Shown here: positions 19,801 to 31,800 of the stretch, in pieces
Position numbering within the stretch: position 1 is the first letter of the stretch
Layout: each line of letters opens with the position of its first letter
IMG/VR virus record: IMGVR_UViG_3300034104_002622
Coordinates: 1-64,000 of that record
DNA from: a virus
Strand: one strand, 5' to 3'
Length of the DNA: 64,000 bases
Notes under the pieces: generated by a model
Told to the model about the DNA's origin: nothing
Database searches by the model: none
What the model saw: only the letters and a program-made list of their open reading frames with translations
Program-made: the position numbers and the translations under genes

Positions 19801-22800
19801 CTTATTGAATTAGCTTCTTGGAAAAAAGAATCCGGAAGCCTAGATCCAAGCAACGAGCAAAAAACCCTTAATCAAATTGCAGCGAAGGCTGTATTAAAAA
19901 GCCAAGGCAAATGGGATGATGCTAACAATTCTCCATTAGCCCAGACTAAATCAGAGACACCCGCTCCAGTATCCACTGAAGCAGCCCCAGAGGTTAAGGA
20001 CACAGAGGAAGATCCTCCATTTCGTCCTGTGAATGATCCTGAAGAAATTGCTTATCGCAAAAATAAAACGATTGCTTGGGCGAAAAATACTGAGTCAGAA
20101 AGAGGTTCAAATGTTGGCAGAAAAACCATCTTTGAAAAGATTGCAGCGCTCTTTGATTCATCTCCAAAGACGGGGAATAAAGAAGAGGTTCTCGAAAGAC
20201 TAAAGAAATTTGGCGCGATGGGTCATGTTTCTGGATGGTTGAATGAAGATGCTATTCGTGAGGATTATCGCTCAGGACTGAAATACATACGTGGTGAAGT
20301 TGCTGATTCTAAGGGATCGGAACAAAAGAAACTTCTATTTGAAAGAATGGGAATCACTCCTGATGAGTTTCTTTCGTTCATAAATGATCATGGTGGAGAA
20401 GAGGCTTACGTCGAATTCATTAAGGCCCATGAGATGGGGCATATTGCTAGCGGCCATCGTGGTCAGAAAACCATCAATCAGGGTGATCTTTTAGATGATC
20501 AACACATGGGTTGGGAAACTGAGGCTAATCATTGGGCTCTAGAAACACTTGGCTTTTACGAATGGAGAAAACAACAACCAAACAAACCAAATGAAAAACA
20601 AACCGAAAACCAAGGTGACGAAGCCAAAGGGCCGCAAGTAGGTAAGATTCACAGGCCCGCTAATTCCAACGGGCTTACTGGTGATATTGTTGCGAAGTTT
20701 GCCAAAGACGGAAACAGCATCATCGTGGCAGACAATGAGACTGCGGCAAACAATGAGATCAAAAGGCAAGGCCTTGAGGGTCGTCCTGTTCTCGTGGTGA
20801 ACGCAGCTACCGCTAGTAACCGCGCAGCCGTGGAAGATGCCATTGAGGACTTCCAGAGTGGTGATAAACAGCTTGGTTCCGAAGTGGAGAGCAACACTCC
20901 CGCAATGGTTGATCCGTTAATGGAAGACCCAACCGCACCTAAGTTTTTTGCTGACATTAGTAGTCTTGATACTGAAGACAAGTTTGGTGGCAAGTGGTAT
21001 AAGTCAGGAGATACTTATACTTACACTCCAACGCAAGGTAAAGTGTTGCCTATTGGCTTAAACTCTGTTGTGGCTATTGATGGTGAACCGGATGCTGTCT
21101 TGCTTCTTGTTGGTGAAAAAGATGGTGTCTATGAATTCCGCAAGGTGGATTACAAGGTGATGGCGAAGACCCTAGGTGAGGACTTCAAGGGATACGGGAA
21201 GTTCTCTAAGGATTGGAATGATAACAGACTTAAGGAAGCAGGAAGGCACATTGAAGCTCATTTAGATAAACTCTTCAGCGGCAAGCTGAGTGAAAAAGAG
21301 TTTGATTCTATGCTCCGCAAGATTATGGCGGTTGTTGCTCCGGGTGTTCGCTTAGAGTCGATTGCTTTTGAGAAGCTTGAAAACGGTGAGTTTTTTGTAG
21401 CCCGCAGAACAACTCCTAAAGATGGAGATGGTAATGCAACGGGATTAGCCCAGACTAAAATTGTGTTAGATCGGCAAGCTTTCATGGCGAATCTTGCGAA
21501 GGTCTTCCGTGGCTATCGCACAGGTCAGGATGCGTTCTACAACAAGCTTGTAGGTAATGAGGTTGCTCGCCAGTTAGCTGCTCACGTTGACGAAGAGCTC
21601 ACCCACGTCGTTGGGATGAAGGAATTCAAAGACATCGAGGTGATTGGTTTGTTTGATGAGTTGGTTGCGTTGTCTAGAAAGGGTAAGCAGAAATTCATTT
21701 CCAGCGTGTTTAATCAGATTGCTGCAAGGCGCGTTAAGGGAAAAACCTTGGACTCTTTCACTGAGGACGAGAAATACATGGTGGGAGCAGAGACGCTACG
21801 TGCGCTCAATCAAATCCTCACCACTGGTTCATGGACGGAAGAGCAAACCAACGACGCTAAGAGGCTTCTCTTTGCGTTGAATGAGGATGCTGCTGAGGCC
21901 AAGGGGCCGCTCAAGACAGTGATCGAGCTTCTACGCCGCTACATGCTGAAGATTCGTAGGATGCTGCATATGCGCCTTCTCATGGGTCAACTGCCTCCAA
22001 ACCTTCAGGCGATGCTGAAGCGTCAGGAAACTGCTTACGTCAGGGCTAATTTGTTCGGTGACGTAGACATGATCAAAGACAAGAACGCTCAGGAAAAGAT
22101 GGAGATGGCTAGGGAGTCTCTTCTTTCCAGCCGTAAGATGATCGGCAAGGTTGCAATGAAAAATACTGGAGCTTTAGTTGAGCTAAAGAGAATTGTTAAA
22201 ACACTAAATCTAAATATCGAAGACATAATTGAAATTGATTACCGCAATGGAACAATCCGTTTGATAGATGATAGTAAGAAAGCATTCAACGGAATGAGCT
22301 TTCAAGATTTAATCAAAAGGTATGAGCCAGATGTTAACCTTGAAGATATTAATAAAGCTCTTTCGGAACTGGAAATGGAAGGTTCTGTTTTTGCTATTAT
22401 GCAGGATTTGGGTTTGGCATATCGCGCTCTTGAGGCCGCTCGCAATCTTACGCCTGATCTTCTCCCCATTCTTGATGATTCGTATGGGTTGTCCGTGAGT
22501 GAAGGTGATGAAGAAGGAGCTACGCGCAGCGATAAGGAAGATGCTGCTGAGACTGAAAAGTATCGGGTGATGCAGATGTTGGTGGCCGCTGCCCCAGCGT
22601 TTGATAACGGCAGTGCATTCATTAAAAGAAAGATGGCTGAGGTTGATTCTCTTGCGAAGAACGATTCGTTAGTTCTTTCGCAAATGAACCTTGATGTGAT
22701 TGCGGTTGTTGCTGAACTTGATTTAGGCGTTGCTAATGATGCAATCAAATTATCTAGAATTGCTGAGATGGTGAAGTATTCGCCGGGGCAAGAGGTGATG

Positions 22801-25800
22801 GATTTAAATATGGCAGCTCCTGACTTCCGGAAAAACTTGCTTAAGCGCCTCCATGAAAGGGCTACTATTAATTCGACTGATTCACTCAATTACGATGGTG
22901 AGTCACTGATTGGTGTTCATAGGATTCTCTTTGGCAAGAGGCCTGACTACAAACCATTTGTTTCTACACGTATGAAAAGGCGTGAGATGTTGGAGGATTT
23001 AGAAGCCTTCCGTCTTGCACAAATGACCGAAGCTCAAGCTGATCGTCTTCAAGCAGAACAGCTAACGCCAGAGCAAGTTAAGTCGCTCAAGCTTCTTCGT
23101 GACGCTCAAGTGGAGTCAGCTATTGCGGCTGGTCAATATGAGCAGTATGGAAGCAGCGCATTCGTAGAAAGAGCAAGGCTGAGGGCTCGTCGTATGCGTT
23201 CTGAGGCAGGAGTGAACATGGAAGTGGCGAATCGCCTTTACCAAGATTACCTCACCTACACAAAAGCATTGGATGACTACAACAAGCTGGCTACTACAGC
23301 CATCCGTGAGATGATCGGTGAAGAGTCACTGGACACAAAAGGTTTTGGTATGAGTCATCAGGACTACAACTATAACATGGATGAGTTGGTAAGCCAAAAA
23401 CCAGAAAATGTAATTCAAGTTCAAAAGGATATGTTGGCACGGCGCAGAGGAAAGATGTTTTCCGAAGCTGAGTATGAAACAGTAACTCCAGTCCGCGCAG
23501 GATTACCAAAGGAACAATCTCATAGCATAGCTCATGGTTATCCTTATAAAGATGTAGCTTGGAACGTCGCCAATAAAGACAAATCAATGACTTTAATAAC
23601 GGTCACTCAAAGTGATCCTATTACTCCTTGGTTTCCAAAGAAAGAAGGTGATCAACCTCCCAGCGATTCATTCAAAGTCACTGCGCTTCCAACTTCTAGC
23701 AATCCTTTATTTAAAAGAGGAATTCTATCTAGTGCTGCTTTTCGTGGAAACATCAATGCAATGCAGTTTTTGCAAATGCTTGATCGTGGTATCACGGGAG
23801 ACACGGCTGAGCGCTACATGGCTACTTTGGGATACGTTTCTGAGGTTGTTGAAAACGAGGATTTTGATGACATCCAATACGAAAGTATTGATAGGATACT
23901 GCCTCGCTACGCAGTCTCTAGGCTTTATGCTTTTCAAAAGGAAGAACTTTATCTTGGTAGCAGTAACGGAAAAAACCGTGCCTTAGGAATTAAAGATTTG
24001 AACAAGACATTTGGATCTAATTTAGATAAAAATCATCCTGATTACAAAAACTCAATACAAAGTTTAATTGACTCAATTCGTGACTACGCTACAAAACTTA
24101 GTCGCTCCACTAATCCTGATCTTACGATTAATGATATTGATGGACTTCAGACTCTTGCGGGAAGAAGTGCTCCGGTTATTAACGATAGAGCTAGTGAGGT
24201 TCTAAAATATCTAGCTGAGTTTGAAGCTGAGGTAAATTCTATTTCATATGCAATTAGAACTGCTGGTGAAAAAGCAACCCGTAATGAGATGGTTGGATTT
24301 TCTTCTAGGCTTTTTGCTCTTTTTAACACTAAGACAAATAGCGCTTTTGAAAATCTTGATGTTGCTATTCGTTTAGCAAACGTAAGCTCTGAAATTGCAA
24401 GGCAGGAAGCCAACTCGTTTAAGCGCATTATTCCTAATGTAATCCGAGAAAAAACTAGAACGGCTCGTGACGCTGGTTATGCTTCTAGCGAACTCTTCAG
24501 AGAGACTCGTGACAGCATGATTGATCCGGTCACGTTGACAAACATGAAGTGGTGGATTAACCGTTTTGGTAAAGATTCTCTTGCTTCGGTTGGGGGAACG
24601 TGGGCTATTGATTTAATGGAGCGGGCTGGTCGGATTGGTTTTGGCACAGCTGGAGAAATGCTGGTTACTGATGCTGCATGGGTTTGGACTCAGGCTCCAG
24701 TGTTTGAGTTTGATTCAAACGGTGATGTTGTGATGGAGCCTTTGCTTGATGAAGACGGCAAGCCTGTCATGGAGTTTTACATTGAAGATGGTCTCCAGAA
24801 AATTCAGCCAGCCATGAAGTTCAAGGCTAAGCTTGATGAGTTTGGAGAGCCTCTTACGGAGCTTCGCCAAGTTCACATAGATATGAGCGATGATGACGCA
24901 ATTGCTTACTTGATTTCCGAAAAAGACAATGCTGGTCGTGCTCCTATAAGTAGCAATATGAATGAAATTGGCTCTTCCGTTAAAGATGCGAAGATCGGAC
25001 GTTCTAGTAGCGAATCAAAGCAGTCTCCTTACGAAAAAAGTTTGCGTCAGATGGATGTGGAGAGGCAGCTTCAAAAGAAGTTTATTACTGAGGCTGGTCT
25101 ATTGATCGGCTTGCGTATTGGTGTGGATAAGAGCGCTGACGATGCTCAAGATTTTTTGAATAGGCTTTTAGCTTTGGATAGTGATTCATCTAGTTATAAT
25201 GATGTCCTTCGGGATGGACTGTCTGGTTTGTTTGGTATTGATCCATCTAATGTTGGCGAACTGATTGGAAAATTCAAAGATTTCCAACAAGGGATTTTTG
25301 AAATTAAAAGCGCACCTATTACTTCAAGGACTGAAGAGTTTGTAACTCAGAAAAAATTAGACTTATTTTCTCCATCAGGAACAATTGCAGAAAATAGAAT
25401 TGATCCCTTCTCTTTTTTAATGGAGATGATTGAGTTCAAGTCTCGGTTTGAGCGTGATCTTATTGATGCTGCACGGGTTGGTTCTGTTGACTTAGAGACA
25501 GGTGAACTTATAAGTGGTGGAAGGGGAGACTTCCGGCTTACTGAAGCGCTTAGAACGCTTTCTAACCACGCTACAGCAGGAGGACAGAATCCTCAACTTC
25601 GTGATGATTTGGCCGCAATGAATGAATCAATGATTAGGAAGGGTCGTAAGACTCTTTTCTCTGAGGTGGGTTTAGCCCAGACTAATCAGGAAGAAGCCGC
25701 TGTGATCGCTAAAATGCTTCATGATGAAAGCTTAGGAAAGGGTGAGGTTTACCTGTATGACGCGAACACGTTTGCTAAGATGGGTGACCAAGGAATTATT

Positions 25801-28800
25801 TCAACTAACGAAACAATCAACCTTATTCTCCAAAACATCCCAGACGCAATCCTCTACAAACCAACCAAGCAAACAAAAGCCAAAAACGAAGCCTACTTTG
25901 GGACGCGGTTTTTTGTTCCTATGGATGGTTCTCCTCCGGTGATCTACGTGGGAGACACGAGCAATCAGGAGGACAACAGGGTTCTCATCGAGCAAGCGCT
26001 TGGTTATCTCACCCGCCAGAAGACCGCAGAGGCCGATTTGATCGCTCAGAGGCTTATTCAGACGGCTTCCAGCATCCGGCTGGCACTAAGTCCCATAACG
26101 CACCTAGAGGAGCTAATACGCGGCCTAGGAAACAAAGCTGATTCCATCGACAATTTTATCCGTCAATACACAGATGAGCTCGCCCTAGCTAATCCAGCCT
26201 CAATGGATGGTTTAGACGAGGCTAAAAAGGCTGAGTTAAGTGGAATGATCAGAGCCTACTTCATGAAGATGCAGGACATCGGATTGATCAACACCGCCCA
26301 AAAAGCGGAACTAAACAAGATCACCGCGCTTCTGAACGAGACATCCCCTGAAGACAGCCGGAATTCTTATTCCACAGAGCGCTCACTTCTCAGTGATTCT
26401 GACCAACGTGCAGTTGAAAGAGAAAGGGACTATATAAGGCTTATGGCGGCAGACCCAATCAATGATTCAATTTCTTTGATTGCTGAAGTTTGGAGCAATC
26501 CAGAAGCTAAACGACTGTTGGATCGTGTGATGATTGGGGATAACATCGTCAACACGCTCGACTCTCTTTCCGATCAAACCCTTGCCCGTGGCATTCAAGC
26601 CGTGAAGCAAATGGGTGAATCCAATCCAGAGGATCAGACAATCGCTGATCATTTTGATTCCGTTAATTCCCAAGAAGTGGCTCAGGACAACCTCAATGAA
26701 GAGGGTTCTGAGGACATCGACAACAGGGACGTTGACACATGGGCTGATGAGTATGACAAAGCCCTAGAGCAAGCTAGGAAAGAGGCTGGTGAGCAATCCG
26801 ATCTTGAGAAACCACAGGAGCTTTCTACTGAAGACAAGGAAAAGTTTCTTGCTCTTGTTCCATCGGCAAACAACATCCGTCGATTCTTCCGTGCTCGCTT
26901 GTTCGACAAGGCCGAGTTTGGCCCAATGGACGACAAGTTAGCTGCTATTGTTGAGGATTACTCCCAGAATGGGGGGTTGAGCCCAGCAGATGCGTTGCTC
27001 TTCAATACCTTGATGGATGTGGTGAGCGTTCAAAAGACGCTACAAGCTCCCGTTATTGTGGATAACAACAGCGATGTCACTCCGGGTCGTGAAATTCTTG
27101 GTGATCTTGGCACTCGTGATGGCGCAAATCCTATAGTTGGAAACAACGAGGGATCAAAATGGAGGGGTCGCCGTGGTGAGCGAGCTCCGTTTGTTGGGGC
27201 ATGGCACACGTTAATGACTGGAAGACAGAACGGAAGAACCGCTCCTACTCTTGTTTTTGAACGGAAACGCTATCAAAAGTTTGCTGGTGGATTTCTTGAT
27301 CGTGTTCCTTTTATTAATGAGATAATTCAGACTCAAGCTGAAAAATCAATTAATGAAGCTGTCGATAATTACAATGAAGCTAAGCATAAGAATTTGCCTA
27401 ATTTTATTTCTTATCCACGTGCATACGTTGACATCCCGCTAACTCAGGAGGTTTACGAGCAGATTGGTTCTTACCTGCCTACTGGCAAGCTTGCTGCGGC
27501 TGAGGCCGAAGTAAGGGAGAATATCCAGAAGATGTTTAAGTTGCGCGAGAACGCAGAGAGACAGCGGGATAAGGCCAAGGCTGTAATCGAGGAGTTTGAG
27601 AATCGGGCTCTGGAGAATCCATTGTTTGAGCGTATTCAGCAATGGCAATTCCAAGGAAACGTCCGTAGCATGATTGAGGCTCAAATCTTGGATGAGGCCT
27701 ACAATACAGCTTTGGAGGTTAAGTCTGCTGCTGGTGGGGATACAAGGCTTGAGAAACTGCTGAACACCTACGCTACAAAATCACGTTTTCAGAGTGATCG
27801 TTACAAAGAAGTTTTCAACGACATTCAACAGGATGCTATTCGCCTTCGTCAGTTGATTGCTAATGCTGATGCGCTGATTGAGGCAGAGCAAGAGGCTACT
27901 GGTGAGATTGTGAAAGATCGTGGGGTCGTTTACTACGCTGATCCAAAAATTTTTCTTCAGCAGAAATTATTGAATAGCAATATCCAGAAGCTCAATCAGA
28001 TCGTTAACAAGGACATGGAATCCGTATGGCGGCTTGTTATCGAGGATGACAATAACGCTAAGTCGGTATTCTCTGAGAACTCCAAGAAGTTCATCAAGAT
28101 TAATGAAGTGGAAGACCTTTTCAAATTTAGGTTTGGAATGCTTGAAGATGATTTAACGAGGATGTTTTCTCGTGATGGTTTGCGTAATGTGTTTCTTCGT
28201 CCGTTGGTTGAACAAGCGGTTGGCGGGTTTGGTCGGGAAACTTCTTCTCTTGCTTCCCGCGAGATGCAGATGCCGACGAAGACCACGGCTAAGAAAAAAT
28301 CGAAAGAGATTGAAGCAGTAAGGCTGCAAGCGAAGCGTCAACGCAGAAAGATGATTTCTCGCCTTGTCAATATGATTAAGCAGGGCAGCACACGTAATGA
28401 GATTAAAATGTATCTGACTCGTCAGCTTGAAGGTCGTTTTAACGCGCTAGAAAGTAATGCGAATAGTCCATTCAATGATTCTTTTCGCGCTATGCTGGAT
28501 GAGATTTCAATGCCTAGTGATGCGCTTGTTGAAATCCTTCGCTATGACGAAGGAGTTAAGAGTACGGAAGAAGCAGCAAGGCTTACAAAAGCAGAGAACG
28601 TCTTATTAAAAAGTGAGCGCTTACTGGCTCAGATGAACGACCCAAACGTCACAGTTAAATCTGGTGGATATTTTTCTCGTCTGGCTTTTAATAATACAAG
28701 CGATGCTCTCGCTGGTATCCACACTCACATCGGTAGCGATCAATCTTTAAATCCGCTTGGTGGTCGCCACAAAGTCCCTATCACCATGACGTTTGTCCCT

Positions 28801-31800
28801 GAGGACGCGTTAAGTCCAATGGTCACTGAGATGACCCGCAAGGATGAGCTTGCGGCCTACCGCTCTAAGTGGAACAAGGAGTTTAAGGATGCAGCTAATC
28901 CGTATGAGTTTTACATTAGGCAACAAGCTATCTCTCGCGCATTGAGCGACTACGCTGAAAAAGCTGACGTTCTGCACCGTGCAATTAAGCAACAAGAAAC
29001 CTATATCAACAACTACAACCCAGCAGCCATCATCCAACAAGTTACGGATACGATGGCTATTCAGGACAGGCTCTCACAAGAGCGGATTAACCGTATCAAA
29101 GCTGATTCTGAAGGAGTGAGCCATCATGCTGTTGCACCGGACGTAGTAGCCCTCTTAGCCGTCCCTGAAGAGCAGAGCTTCTACTCTGTGAGTAACGTGA
29201 AGGAACTCAACAAGCTCGCTGATAAGGCGAAGCAGAAAGGCCTTGAGTTATCGAAGGCTATTGATGAAGTGAAGGGTTACGAGACGCGGATTGCACAAGC
29301 AAAGAACAAAGGCCAATTCATGCAAGCCGACAAGCTTGGAGTTCTTTTAGTTAAGGCTAAAGCAAATAGGGATGGCATTGCCGACGATCTTAAGACCATT
29401 GGGAAACGTCGTGTGGCTCTTCGGGCTGCACGTAGGGTTTCTAGGCACACGATTCCAGAGAACATGAAAGAGCGCCGCGAGTTGGTTGCTCACCTTGTTA
29501 ATGATGGCGAATGGTTGCTTCTTGGTTCCATCACCGCAGCGCAGGACTTGAAGAACCGATTCGTAGTTCAGAGCGGGAAAGCCCAAAGTGGAGAGTCAAT
29601 GATGCGTGACATCGTATTGAGTTCCGTTCCTGAAGAAGATGAATCAGAAGACGGGACAGTTCACCTCCAGAACAGGATGGGCTTTACTTCCGTATACAGG
29701 AATGAAGCATGGACTCACACTGATTTCACATCTCCCGCTTGGAGTCTCGCTGCAAATTCAACCAGAGAAAGCGCATCAAAACAATTTGCTGCTCGCTATT
29801 CATCGAACGTAGTTGAACGAGCCAATAGAAGGCTGGCAGAAAGAAGGAATGATCCACTTGCTCGCGCTGGAGACGAAGACAGGAAGATTGACACGAACAA
29901 CACTTTCGTTAAAAAACAACTGGAGATGTTTGAGTTCTACGTTGAATCCATTGCTCTTGCCTATGACCGAAACACTTTGAGTGGGGAAACAAGGAAAAGG
30001 GTTTTTGATTTCCTGAAAACGCTAGCGGATGGAAAGATTGCCCAATCGAATGATGCTGCTGAGTCTGTCGATCTCATTGATCTTTATGCCTCGGTTGTTT
30101 CTGAGATTGAAGGACCGGAGGCTATGAAGCTGCTGATTGCTGGTATCGTGCCGCTGTCGGGACCTGCTCGCTTCTCAATGAAGGCTTTGCACCACCATGA
30201 GTCTAAGCTAAGAATGACGTTTATGAAGACCCATATTGCTCAGATGGAGGCCCGTAGGCTTCATGGATACCTTGAGCACGGCTTCGACCTGAAATCAGGA
30301 CGCAACACCCACACAAACGAATTCAACAAAGCAAAGGCAAAACTAGAAGAAAAGGCAAAGCTCTTAGGATTGGATTCTTTGCAGCAGTCAATTCCTTATG
30401 TGATTGCTAGTCTAAAGGGTTTGACTAAAACTAGATCGGCTTCTCTTGCTGGCAATCTTTCGATGTGGGCTAGTGATTTCCAAACAGGATCGCGTGATCT
30501 TAAGCAGTTGTTTGATTCTCAAAATGAATTAGCAGCGGGACAAAAGTTTGGGAAGATACGCAAGTATTTCACAGCGGAGCATGTGGATGTCATTCGTGAC
30601 TACGCAATGGTCAAAGAAGTGTATGAAACCATTCGCCCTATTTTGCGTGATGTTGGAACGAGCCCGTCTGGAACTGATAAGAACGCTCATGCTTTGGAAT
30701 TGATCAATAAAGCTATCGCTGCGCTAGAGGAAAAGATTCCAGCGAACTTGCAACAAGCATCCAAAGACTACTCTGACACTTTAGGAACAACTTTCAAAGG
30801 CTTATCGGATGCTTCTGAGTTGACATTGATTATGATGAGTCATCCTGATGCCACTCCAGATGAAGGACAGGCTTACCAGAAGTGGTTGCATGGAGGATTA
30901 AGAGGTGACGCTACGTTCGTGACTACAGTTCCTCTTCGCTACGGACACGCGGCCAATCCTAAGTCTATTGGTAAAAGTTTTGAACCCCGCCAATACAAGG
31001 AAGACCCATTAGAAGAGGTTGGCATGATGAGTCTTTCGCTTTTGGGTGGTCCGGGAAAACAAGCTAGAACTCGTAAAGATAACGAAGATGCTCAAACTTA
31101 CCGCCCAATCAATCTCAATGGGCTGTCTGGGACTATCGCTCTTTTGGATGATACTCTTTACCGCCTTAACGTAACTCCTACCTACTCTATTCTCAGGAAG
31201 ATTGTAGGAAAGGAGGAAGTGAATCAGCGGAATCAGGGTGAGGTTGTTGGATCAAAGGTGATGGCTAAGCTTGGTGATTCTCCCGAAGGTGAAATAGCTA
31301 GGAAGTGGCGTGTGGCGCTTGGTGCAATCTCGGAAGAAATGGACATCAAGGTTGCTAACGACATGAAGTTTGGAGTGGCGAACACTGCTTTCTCTGAAAC
31401 CCTCAATTACCTTTCATCGTTGATGATGGTTAGGTCGTTGTTTTCTTTCCAGCAGTTCTGGAACCAATCTGGTCCATCAGTATTGGGATACATTGTGAAA
31501 AAGTCTGTGACGGGGAATTACAAGGATGCTATTCAGATGGTTCGCCTACTATCTAAGATTATCGCTTCAAAAGCTGGAGGTGATTCTCAATTTAACGACG
31601 AAGCTAAGCAGTTTGTAGCGAATGTTGCTACTTGGGTAAACTTCCGTGGTGCTGATGGCATTGATAAGCTTGACCAACTTCGCAGGAAGCAAGTCAGGCA
31701 TGGCGCTGGGCTTGGTAAAAAATGGTCAGGATATGCTCTTAATCAGATTACCAACCTTGGAGAAAAGTCTCTTGACTTTAGTATAGCTAAAGTTGAGCGG